Source: Candidatus Eiseniibacteriota bacterium (GTDB lineage: Bacteria > Eisenbacteria > RBG-16-71-46). Taken from it: a stretch of 39,070 nucleotides of DNA. Under the pieces are notes generated by a model, which did no database searches, had not been told where the DNA came from, and saw only the letters and a list, made by a program, of their open reading frames with translations. Of the stretch, positions 17,601 through 26,426 are shown piece by piece. The number at the start of each line of letters is the position of its first letter. The first letter of the stretch is position 1. Where the stretch lies: the NCBI GenBank assembly GCA_044223005.1, contig JBGAML010000026.1:1-39070 (forward strand). The letters are read 5' to 3'. The position numbers and the translations under genes were made by a program.

Positions 17601-18649
17601 GACCACCGCCTCGCGACGCGCTCGAGCAGCGGGCGCGCCGAGATCGCGAACAGGATCACCAGCGCCTCCAGCACCTCGACCAGCTCGCGCGGCACGCGCT
17701 GGTTCACGACCAGGCCGCCGTAGGAGAGCGCGCCGAAGAAGAGCGAGGCGACGAGCACGCCGAGCGGGTGATTGCGCCCGAGCAGCGCGACGGCGATGCC
17801 GATGAAGCCCGCGCCGCCGGTGAACCCGAGCTCGAACCAGTGCTTGTAGCCGAGCACGAAGTTGGTGCCGCCCAGGCCCGCGATGGCGCCCGAGAGCGCC
17901 ATGGCCAGCACCTGCGTGCGGCCGATCGACACGCCGCCGAACTCGGCCGCGGGCGCGTTCAGGCCGACGGCGCGGATCTCGTAGCCGAGCCGCGTGCGGA
18001 AGAGGAGCAGGCCCGTGATCACCGCGAGCATCAGCCCGAGCAGCAGCGACACGTTGACCGGTGCGCCGCGCAGCGCGGGGAGCAGGGTCTCGAGCCGCGG
18101 CAGCGTGGCGCCGGCGGCGATCTCGCGCGTGCGCACCGTGGCGGTCTCGAACAGCGAGTGCCCGAACCACGACACGAGCGAGAACGCGATGAAGTTGAGC
18201 ATGATGCTGTTGATGACCTCGTGCGCGCCGAAGCGGGCCTTGAGCGCGCCGGGAATCGCGCCCCAGAGGCCGCCCGCCAGCGCGGCCGCGATCACGGCCG
18301 CGACCATCGCGAGCGCCCCGGGCAGCGGGGCGTAGGCGCCCACGAGCGCGGCGGCGAAACCGCCGAGATACATCTGGCCCTCGACACCGATGTTGAAGAG
18401 CCCGGCGCGGAACGCGAGCGCGACCGCGAGCCCGGTGAAGAGGAGCGGGGTCGCGCGGAACAGCGTCTGGCCGAGCCCGTAGCCGGTGCCGAACGCCTCG
18501 CGGAAGAGCAGCGCGTAGATCTCGAGCGGCTTCTCGCCGATCCCGGCGATGAAGATCGCGCCCGCGCCGAGCGCGGCCACGACCGCGATCAGCGGCGCCG
18601 CCGCGACCAGCCAGGCGCCGCGGTTCGTCGACACGGCCGGTGCGCTCAC
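17597..18649 (-). CDS. Nucleoside/simple-sugar ABC transporter permease (NupB-like)
   Basis: ATPLLFTGLAVALAFRAGLFNIGVEGQ, HEVINSIMLN, GYEIRAVGLN, GIAVALLGRNHP. GTGA-coupled start. Confidence 0.9.
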   Translation of the reverse strand: MSAPAVSTNRGAWLVAAAPLIAVVAALGAGAIFIAGIGEKPLEIYALLFREAFGTGYGLGQTLFRATPLLFTGLAVALAFRAGLFNIGVEGQMYLGGFAAALVGAYAPLPGALAMVAAVIAAALAGGLWGAIPGALKARFGAHEVINSIMLNFIAFSLVSWFGHSLFETATVRTREIAAGATLPRLETLLPALRGAPVNVSLLLGLMLAVITGLLLFRTRLGYEIRAVGLNAPAAEFGGVSIGRTQVLAMALSGAIAGLGGTNFVLGYKHWFELGFTGGAGFIGIAVALLGRNHPLGVLVASLFFGALSYGGLVVNQRVPRELVEVLEALVILFAISARPLLERVARRWS

Positions 18650-20211
18650 GCGAGGCCTCCGCGTTCCGGCGCGCCGCGCGGCGGCAGCGGCGAGTCGACG
18701 TGCGTGGCGCGGCCGGTCATGTGCAGGCCGAGCGTGCGCTCGTCGGTCTCGGCGGGCGTCGTCTCGTGCACGATGCGGCCCTCGTAGAGGACGAGGATGC
18801 GGTCCGAGAGCGCGAGGATCTCCGAGAGCTCCGACGACACCAGAAGCACGGCGCGGCCGGCGTCGCGCTCGGCGAGCAGGCGGCGGTGGATGAAGTCGAT
18901 CGCGCCCAGGTCGACGCCGCGCGTCGGGTGTGCCGCGAGGATCGCCGCGCGGCCCTGCGAGAGCTCGCGCGCCGCGATCAGCTTCTGCTGGTTGCCGCCC
19001 GACAGCCGGCCGGCGGCGTAGCCGGGATCCGGCGGGCGCACGTCGTACTCGGCGAGCCGCGGCCGCGCCGCGTCCTCGAGCGTGTGGCCGCCGAGCCACG
19101 GGCCCACGCCGGTGGCGCTTTCGCGCTGCCGGCCGAGCACGAGGTTCTCGGCCAGCGTCATCTCGGGCACGAGCCCGCGGCGCAGCCGGTCGCTCGGCAC
19201 GTGGGCGAGCCCGGCGCTGCGGTGTTCGCGCGCGCTGCGGCCCGACACGGCGCGCCCGGCGATCGCGATGCGGCCCGCGCGCGGCGGGCGCAGGCCGGCG
19301 AGCGACTCGATCAGCTCGTGCTGGCCGTTGCCCTCGACGCCGGCGATGCCGACGATCTCGCCCGCGCGCACCGCGAACGTGATGCCACGCACCGCGGGCA
19401 GGCCGCGGTCGTCCGGCACCTCGAGCGCCTCGGCCTCGAGCCGCGCCGGCCCCGGCGGCGTGTCGCCGCGTTCGGTGAGCGGCGCGGGCACGTGGCCGAC
19501 CATCAGTTCGGCCATGCGCTCGATGCTCGTTTCGGCCACGAGCCCGCCGCCGACGACGCGGCCGGCGCGCATCACCGTGACGCGATCCGCGAGCGACTTC
19601 ACCTCGGCGAGCTTGTGGGTGATGAGCACGATGCTGGCGCCGTCGGCGCGCAGCGCGCGCAGGACCGCGAACAGCTCGTCCACCTCCTGCGGCGTCAGCA
19701 CTGCAGTGGGCTCGTCCAGGATCAGTACCTGGGCGCCGCGGTAGAGTGCCTTGAGGATCTCGACCCGCTGCTGGGCGCCCACCGAGAGCTGCGCGATCGT
19801 CGCGCGCGGATCGACCGGGAGCCCGTAACGCTTCGCGAGTGCCTCGACGTCGCGCTCGGCCTGCTCGCGGCGGAACAGTCCGCCCGCGCCCGGCTCGCGC
19901 CCGAGCGTGACGTTCTCCGCCACCGTGAGCGGGTCCACGAGCATGAAGTGCTGGTGCACCATGCCCAGCCCCGCGCGCATCGCGTCCAACGGGCTCGCGA
20001 AGCTGGCGGGCTTTCCGGCGACGTGGATTTCGCCCTCGGTGGGGCGCAGCAGGCCGTAGAGCACCTTCATCAAGGTGCTCTTGCCCGCGCCGTTCTCGCC
20101 GACCAGCGCGTGGATCTCGCCCGGGTGGAGGTCCAGCGACACCTGGTCGTTGGCGACGCAGGCGCCGAAGCGGCGGCAGATGCCGCGGAGGGAGATCGCA
20201 GGGGCGAGCAT
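18646..20211 (-). CDS. ABC transporter ATP-binding protein with two fused NBDs (NupA/MglA-like)
   Basis: Walker A GENGAGKST, MVHQHF, LSVGAQQRVEI, ILDEPTAVL, GIAGVEGNGQ, LSGGNQQK, PTRGVD. Confidence 0.95.
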   Translation of the reverse strand: MLAPAISLRGICRRFGACVANDQVSLDLHPGEIHALVGENGAGKSTLMKVLYGLLRPTEGEIHVAGKPASFASPLDAMRAGLGMVHQHFMLVDPLTVAENVTLGREPGAGGLFRREQAERDVEALAKRYGLPVDPRATIAQLSVGAQQRVEILKALYRGAQVLILDEPTAVLTPQEVDELFAVLRALRADGASIVLITHKLAEVKSLADRVTVMRAGRVVGGGLVAETSIERMAELMVGHVPAPLTERGDTPPGPARLEAEALEVPDDRGLPAVRGITFAVRAGEIVGIAGVEGNGQHELIESLAGLRPPRAGRIAIAGRAVSGRSAREHRSAGLAHVPSDRLRRGLVPEMTLAENLVLGRQRESATGVGPWLGGHTLEDAARPRLAEYDVRPPDPGYAAGRLSGGNQQKLIAARELSQGRAAILAAHPTRGVDLGAIDFIHRRLLAERDAGRAVLLVSSELSEILALSDRILVLYEGRIVHETTPAETDERTLGLHMTGRATHVDSPLPPRGAPERGGLA

Positions 20212-20768
20212 GGCCCGCCAGCGTACGACCCGCCCGCAGCACGGTCCAGCGCGCGCGACCGGGCCGATCGGACCATGCCCGGCGGGAGAAGGGCGCGCGC
20301 CGCGCGTGGTTCGATCGTCGGGTCGGCACCGGCGTGCACGATGCCCAGCTCGCGATCGTGCCGAACGCGGAGGGCCTCGCGAGCGATCGCCGCGAGTGCG
20401 CCGGCCCGCGCCGCGCGCGTCTCCGGTCGCGCGCGCGAGTGAACGGAGTTCGCCCGCGCCAAACCGCGTGCGAATGCCGTGGAGCGAATTCGCGCTTCAC
20501 CTGAGCCGCACGACGGTCCAGTATGCCGGAGTCGGGGAGATCATCCCCGCCAACGTCCCTCCGGCAAGCGGCCGCTCGCGATTCCCCCGGGCCCCCGGCC
20601 TCACCGCGATCCCCCGCGGAAGACGTCGATGTCGAATGCGTCGACGTGCGTGCTCGTCGTTTCACACCCCGCCCTGCACGCTCCCCCCGTGACGCGCGAA
20701 TGCACGGTCCCCGCTTCTCTCTCGTGTTCGCGTGGTTCCCCCGACGCGCCCAGTCGAAAGGACGGATC

Positions 20769-23700
20769 ATGCTCCGCATCCGTTTCCTCACGGCAGCGCT
20801 CGTATCGCTCGCCGCACTGGCGATGCTTTCCGTCGCCGCCGTCGCCGCACCTTCCGAGCCGTTGCGCCCGTTCGAGCGCATCGGCCACGTCCCCTCACCC
20901 GGTGCCGCGGCGCGCGCGCGCGCCGTCGCGCCGGCGCGCGCGACCGGCATCGCCACCGTCGCCGTGAACGCGGCGTGGTCGGCGCTCTCGCCGGGCACGC
21001 CCGTGACCGTCGGCGCCAATGGCTACATCGTCGGCACCAGCGCGTTCGCCGCGGTCCAGGCCGGCATCGACGCCGTCGACCCGGGCGGCACGGTGCTCGT
21101 GCTGCCAGGCACGTACAGCGAAACGGCCTCGGGCCGCACGCTCGCGTATGCGGGCGGCACCTACCAGTTCGGGCTCTTCTTCGGGCTCGCCAAGGGCGCG
21201 ATCACGCTGCAGGGCGTCGATGCGTCCGGCAACGCGATCACCTCGGCGGCCGCGGTGGCCGCGACGATCTACACCAACGGCACCGCCGACTTCGGCCCCG
21301 ACGGCATCTTCGTCGAGGGCGACGGCGTGACGATCGCCGGCGTGCGGATCGGCACCAACTCGGCCGGGCAGAACAAGACGATCGAGGTCACGGGCGACGC
21401 GTTCACGCTCCGCGACTGCGACGTCGCCGATCCGTACGGTTCGCTCTACGTCAGCGACTGGGATTTCGACGTCCCGAACGACCTCTCGCACGTGCGCTCG
21501 TACCACGTGACGGGCAACACGTTCGCCGACGGCTGCAGCATCGACTTCGCGAGCGGCGCCGGGTACACCGGGCCGGCGAGCGGCCGCGTGATCAGCGGCA
21601 ACACGTTCGTGAGCGACGCGGTGGACGTCTACTGGCCGGCGATCAGCTTCAACGGTTCCGGCACCGGCGTGCCGTGGTTCGTGCAGTCCGTGGGCGGCGC
21701 GGTGATCACGGGCAACACGTTCCAGAACGACTATCCGCAGGGCCAGCACATCCGCGCCCGCGGCACGTACGACAACTCGCAGTTCGCGTGGGGCACCTAC
21801 TTCTCGGGCAACACGTACACGCGCGCGGCGGTCGTCGGCGCCACGCCGCCCGCGACGGTCACGCCCTACAGCTACGTGAGCGGGCCGTACACGATGAACG
21901 ACGTGCGCCGCGTCGGCGCGTCGATCCAGGGCGAGGTCGATCACGGGCTCGCGGGCGACATCGTGCTCGTGGCCCCGGGCACGTACGTCGAGCAGGTGCT
22001 CGTCGATGGCCGCAACCTGACCGTGCGCGGCGCGGGCCGTGCCGCGACCACGCTGCGCGCGCCGGCCTCGCTGCCGGCCTCCTTCACGAGCAGCGCCGCC
22101 AACCACCCGGTGTTCCTCGCGTCCAACGCCGCGGACATCCGGCTCGAGCAGCTCACGGTGGACGCGGCCGGCATGGGCGCGGGCAACTACCGGCTGACGG
22201 GCGTCGCGTGGTCGAACGCCGGCGGCCGGCTCGTCGACGCCGACGTCGTGCACGTGCGTGACACGCCCTTCTCGGGCAACCAGCACGGCACCGCCGTCTA
22301 CGTCTACGAGTCGGGTCCGGGCGCCTACGCGTTCGAGATGGGCGGCTGCAACCTGTCCGACTTCCAGAAGAACGGCACCGTGTTCTACGGCCCGGGCCTG
22401 ACCGTGAACGTGCACGACTGCACGGTGACCGGACAGGGCCCGACGACGCTGAACGCCCAGAACGGGATCGAGACCTATGACGTCGCGTCGTGCACCGTGA
22501 CCAACGTCACGGTGACGGGCCTCTTCTACACGCCGGCGACGTACTCGGCCGCCGGCCTGCTGGCCCTCTACGGCGGGACGGTGAACCTGTCCGGGAACAA
22601 CGTGTTCACCGGCTGCCAGTCGGCGCTCTACTACGTCGAAGCCAACGGCACCGCCGCGGGCTGCCACGTGTCGGGCTCGACGTGGGCCGCGAACTTCGAG
22701 AACGACCAGGCCTCGGCCGCCAACGGCGCGTCGCGCGTCGCGGCGGGCCGCGTGGGCGGTCCGCCCGCGCCGTCGCCGTTCTCCGTCGCACCGGCGCCGA
22801 CGCGCGCGTTCCGCGCGCTCTCGGCCGCGATGTCGGCGGCGATCACGAACGGCTGCTTCACCGGCACCGGTGAGCCCGGCGGCCAGGGCGTGTGGGCGTA
22901 TTCCGCCGGCGGGCCGACCAGCGTGTCGGTGACCGGCATGGAGATCACGGGCTTCGACATCGGCGTCGCCGTGCAGGGCGCCGCGTCGCTCGCCGCGGAT
23001 CACGACGCGATCACCGCGAACCTCACGTCGGGCCTCGACGACACGAGTACGGGCGGCGTCACCGCGCCGTACGTGTGGTGGGGCAGCGCCGGCGGACCCG
23101 GTACCGGTGGCGCCAACCCGGTGACCGGCGCGGGCGCGACGTTCTCGCCGTGGCTGGTCTCGGGCGCCGACACGAATTCCGGCTGCGGCTTCGCCGCGGG
23201 CCCGGACAACGTGATCGCGATCGGCCCGGCGCCGTCGTGCATCGACAACGCGCACGCGTGCATCACCGTGCCGGTGACGATCGCGCGCACGACCTCGGAT
23301 GCCGTGCGCGGCTACAGCGTCACGTTCCAGCTGTCGAGCAACCTCGCGCTCTGCGCGGGCGCGGCGAGCGTGCACGAGGGCGGCTACCTCGCGGGCATCG
23401 GTACGACGCACTTCGAGGCGGTCGACCACCACGACGGCAGCTGGACGGTGGACTGCGCGATCCTCGGCCTGCCCTGCGGCGCGACCGCGGCGGCCGGCTC
23501 GCTGTTCACGCTCGACCTCGCGCGCGCCGGCCTCGACGGGCCTGCGTCGGTCACGATCACCAGCGTGACCGTGCGGGACTGCGACAACCTGCCGGTCGCC
23601 GCCACGGCCGGAGCGCCGCTCGCGATCACGGTCGACACCGCGGCTCCGGCCGCGATGAGCGGCATCACCGCGATTCCGCAGGCGACGGGCAACGGAGCAG

Positions 23701-24944
23701 GCTTCACGAGCCGCATCCAGCTCGTCCTCACGCCGCCCTCGGGCGCCGCGTCGGTCGAGGTGTGGCGCAAGGGCTACGGCCAGTATCCCGAGTACGACGA
23801 CGCGGGTGGCGCCGTTCCCGCCATGCCGGTGGGCTATCCGCCCGCGGGCTGGACGCTGACGGGCATCACCGCGAGCGGGCAGTACGACCAGCCGGCGACG
23901 CGCGACTTCTGGTACTACGTCGCGTACAGCCACGACGCGTGCGGCAACGTGTCGGCGGTGAGCAACATGACGAGTGGCACGCTCGACTATCACCTCGGCG
24001 ACGTGGTGAACCCGGGCAACCCGCTCGCGCAGGGCGACAACCTGGTCGACGGCGCGGACATCTCGCGGCTCGGGGCGCACTACGGCATCTCGCTGGTGCT
24101 CAACGATCCGTACAACGCGCTCGACGTGGGGCCGACCACGAACTACTCGGTCAACGCGCGGCCGACCACGGACAACCTGATCGGCTTCGAGGACCTGATG
24201 GTGTTCGCGATCGACTACGGCGTCGTTTCGGCGCCGCAGGGCGCGGCGAAGCCCGCGGCCGCAGGCCGCGACGCGATCGCGCTCGACGTCCCGGCATTGC
24301 CGGCGATCGGCGAGACGTTCGCGGTGCCGGTGCGCCTGCAGGGCACCGGCGCGGTCCAGGGCGCGAGTGTCCAGCTCGCGTGGAACCCGGCGGTCGTCGA
24401 ACCGGCCGGCGTGGAAGCGGGCGAGCTGCTGGCCCGCCAGTCGCGCGGCTCGGTCGTGCTGTCGGGCGCCGCGGGCGGCGTGGACTTCGCGCTGCTCGGC
24501 ACCGGCGCCGGCATCACCGGTGACGGCGACGCCGCGCACGTGCTGTTCCGCGTGAAGGCGGCGGGCGATCCCGGCATCGGGCTCGCGCACGTGACCGCGC
24601 GCGACGCGGCCAACGCCGCGGTGACGCTCGACGCCCAGGGCGCCGCGACGGCGCCCGTGACGCCGCTGCGCACCGAGCTCGGCACGCCCTACCCGAATCC
24701 GTTCGGGCACACGGCGACGCTGCAGCTCTCGATCGCCCACGCGGCCCCGGTGCGGGTCGCGGTGTTCGATCTCGCCGGCCGCCGCGTGCGTACGCTGCTC
24801 GACAGCGTGCAGCCGGCGGGCGTGCGCGTGCTGGTGTGGGACGGTCGCGGTGATGCCGGCGTGCGGATGGCGCCGGGCGTCTACGTGATCCGGATGGTGG
24901 CGGACGGCGCGGTGCAGTCGCGCCGCGTGCAGCTGGTACCGTGA
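20769..24944 (+). CDS. Large secreted protein: pectin-lyase-like beta-helix repeats, cohesin-like and dockerin-like modules, C-terminal FlgD-Ig/T9SS-like domain
   Basis: Signal peptide. Two beta-helix caps (VQAGIDAV..GGTVLVLPGTYSE and IQGEVD..GDIVLVAPGTYVE) and GNTF repeats. Paired EF-like loops GDNLVDGADI and TDNLIGFEDL. Cohesin-like GETFAVPV..GASVQLAWNP. C-terminal PYPNPF...FDLAGRRVRTL...WDG...GVY. Confidence 0.85.
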   Translation: MLRIRFLTAALVSLAALAMLSVAAVAAPSEPLRPFERIGHVPSPGAAARARAVAPARATGIATVAVNAAWSALSPGTPVTVGANGYIVGTSAFAAVQAGIDAVDPGGTVLVLPGTYSETASGRTLAYAGGTYQFGLFFGLAKGAITLQGVDASGNAITSAAAVAATIYTNGTADFGPDGIFVEGDGVTIAGVRIGTNSAGQNKTIEVTGDAFTLRDCDVADPYGSLYVSDWDFDVPNDLSHVRSYHVTGNTFADGCSIDFASGAGYTGPASGRVISGNTFVSDAVDVYWPAISFNGSGTGVPWFVQSVGGAVITGNTFQNDYPQGQHIRARGTYDNSQFAWGTYFSGNTYTRAAVVGATPPATVTPYSYVSGPYTMNDVRRVGASIQGEVDHGLAGDIVLVAPGTYVEQVLVDGRNLTVRGAGRAATTLRAPASLPASFTSSAANHPVFLASNAADIRLEQLTVDAAGMGAGNYRLTGVAWSNAGGRLVDADVVHVRDTPFSGNQHGTAVYVYESGPGAYAFEMGGCNLSDFQKNGTVFYGPGLTVNVHDCTVTGQGPTTLNAQNGIETYDVASCTVTNVTVTGLFYTPATYSAAGLLALYGGTVNLSGNNVFTGCQSALYYVEANGTAAGCHVSGSTWAANFENDQASAANGASRVAAGRVGGPPAPSPFSVAPAPTRAFRALSAAMSAAITNGCFTGTGEPGGQGVWAYSAGGPTSVSVTGMEITGFDIGVAVQGAASLAADHDAITANLTSGLDDTSTGGVTAPYVWWGSAGGPGTGGANPVTGAGATFSPWLVSGADTNSGCGFAAGPDNVIAIGPAPSCIDNAHACITVPVTIARTTSDAVRGYSVTFQLSSNLALCAGAASVHEGGYLAGIGTTHFEAVDHHDGSWTVDCAILGLPCGATAAAGSLFTLDLARAGLDGPASVTITSVTVRDCDNLPVAATAGAPLAITVDTAAPAAMSGITAIPQATGNGAGFTSRIQLVLTPPSGAASVEVWRKGYGQYPEYDDAGGAVPAMPVGYPPAGWTLTGITASGQYDQPATRDFWYYVAYSHDACGNVSAVSNMTSGTLDYHLGDVVNPGNPLAQGDNLVDGADISRLGAHYGISLVLNDPYNALDVGPTTNYSVNARPTTDNLIGFEDLMVFAIDYGVVSAPQGAAKPAAAGRDAIALDVPALPAIGETFAVPVRLQGTGAVQGASVQLAWNPAVVEPAGVEAGELLARQSRGSVVLSGAAGGVDFALLGTGAGITGDGDAAHVLFRVKAAGDPGIGLAHVTARDAANAAVTLDAQGAATAPVTPLRTELGTPYPNPFGHTATLQLSIAHAAPVRVAVFDLAGRRVRTLLDSVQPAGVRVLVWDGRGDAGVRMAPGVYVIRMVADGAVQSRRVQLVP

Positions 24945-24997
24945 GGCCGCGGGGCGGGGGCGGCATCGCCGCCCCCGCCCGTCGCGGGAGGGTTTTC

Positions 24998-25795
24998 ATG
25001 ATCCCGATTCGCGCTCGCATCGTCGCGCTCACCGTCGCGATCGCGGCCGCCGTGGCTCCCGTGCACGCGGCCGGGCTCGGCGTGCGCGCGATCGTGCTGC
25101 CGGAGACGGTCGCGGTGGCGCCGGGCGACACGTTCACGGTGCAGCTCGTGGTGCCCGCCGCGCGGGACTCGTTCAACGGCTACGACGCGGTGCTCGAGTT
25201 CGATCCCGCGGCGCTCCACTTCGTGCCGCAGGCCAAGGCGGTGCAGCAGAGCCCGCTGCTCCTGGGCGGCTGCGGCAACACGTTCTACTCGTTCGCGGCC
25301 GCGGGAGACAGCGTGCACGCCAACGAGACCATGCTCTGCAACACGCTCGAGATTCCCGGCCCCGGCGTGCTGCTCACGCTGAAGTTCGTCGCGACGGGCT
25401 CGCCGCAGGTGACGGCGATTCGGCCGCGGCGGCTGCACTTCTACAACGACGGCTACTACGTCCTGCCGGTCGAGACGGCCGGCACGACCGTGGCGCTCGG
25501 CGTCACCCTGGGCGCGCCACCCGCGTCCGCGCCGTCACCCGGCCTGCGCGCGTGGCCGAACCCCGCGCGTGGGGAGACGACGTTCGCGCTGCCCGGCGCG
25601 CCCGCGAGCGGGCGGCGCGTGCAGGTGTGCGACCTCGCCGGGCGGTGCGTCCGGCGGCTGCTCACCGACGCGCAGGGCCGGGCTCGCTGGGACGGGCGCG
25701 ACGATTCCGGGCGCCGCGTGCCCGCGGGCGTCTATCATGTGATCGAGACGGGGACCGGCACGCGTTCCGGGCTCCGGATCGTGCGGCTCGACTGA
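24998..25795 (+). CDS. Secreted cohesin-like domain protein with FlgD-Ig/T9SS-like C-terminal domain
   Basis: ATG after GGGAGG, signal peptide ends VHA. VAPGDTFTVQL..GYDAVLEFDPAAL..GPGVLLTLKF, then WPNPARG...DLAGRCVRRL...WDGRDDSG..VPAGVY. Confidence 0.85.
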   Translation: MIPIRARIVALTVAIAAAVAPVHAAGLGVRAIVLPETVAVAPGDTFTVQLVVPAARDSFNGYDAVLEFDPAALHFVPQAKAVQQSPLLLGGCGNTFYSFAAAGDSVHANETMLCNTLEIPGPGVLLTLKFVATGSPQVTAIRPRRLHFYNDGYYVLPVETAGTTVALGVTLGAPPASAPSPGLRAWPNPARGETTFALPGAPASGRRVQVCDLAGRCVRRLLTDAQGRARWDGRDDSGRRVPAGVYHVIETGTGTRSGLRIVRLD

Positions 25796-25814
25796 ACGAA
25801 CGAAAGGCGACTCC

Positions 25815-26351
25815 ATGCGGCTTCTTCTCGGATTCCTCGTTGCGCTCGTGCTTGTCGCGACCGTGCTGCCCCGTGCCGCCGGCGCCGTCACCGTGTCGAT
25901 CGTCCCGGCGGACACCGGGCTCGTCGTGGGCCAGACGGCGACGCTGCGCGTCGTCGTGGACGGCGTCGCCGACCTCAAGGGCTACCAGCTGATCCACGCG
26001 TACGAGCCCACGCTGCTCTCGGTCGTGAACGCGCAGCCGGGCGGCGTGCTGACGGGTTCGGGGCGCACGTGCACGTGGTACTACGTGCCGGATCTGGTGG
26101 CGCCCGCGGACACGCTCTGGCTCGATGCCGCCATGCTCGACGGTGCGACCAGCGGCCCCGGGATCCTCGAGACGATCACCGTGCAGGCGCACGCGACCGG
26201 CACGGCGCACGTGAGCTGCGCGAGCGCGCTGCTGCGCGATTCGGCGAATGCGACGATCCCCGCGGACTGCCTGGGCGCCGTGATCCACATCACGGGTCCG
26301 ACCGCGATCCGGCCCGCGAGCTGGGGGCGGCTCAAGTCCGTCTATCGCTGA
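25815..26351 (+). CDS. Secreted cohesin-like domain protein with C-terminal WGxLKSxYR tag
   Basis: Signal peptide ends AAGA. VGQTATLRVVVD..LKGYQLIHAYEP..GPGILETITV. Ends TAIRPASWGRLKSVYR*. Confidence 0.85.
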   Translation: MRLLLGFLVALVLVATVLPRAAGAVTVSIVPADTGLVVGQTATLRVVVDGVADLKGYQLIHAYEPTLLSVVNAQPGGVLTGSGRTCTWYYVPDLVAPADTLWLDAAMLDGATSGPGILETITVQAHATGTAHVSCASALLRDSANATIPADCLGAVIHITGPTAIRPASWGRLKSVYR

Positions 26352-26426
26352 CGGTGCATCCGTGGAAACCGCGAGGCGGGCGGCGCTGCGGCGCCGCCCG
26401 CCTCGCACGTCTTCCGGGCACGAAGG

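Noticed and set aside
20212..20768. Long divergent intergenic region and the 38195-38441 leader as possible riboswitches
   Set aside because: No purine, c-di-GMP or other aptamer consensus was recognisable by eye; an Rfam cmscan would be needed.
15826..21019. Long N-terminal extensions in the ORF track for PNP and the permeases
   Set aside because: GTG starts overlapping the upstream stops (GTGA at 16695-16698, 17597-17600, 18646-18649) give normal-length proteins.
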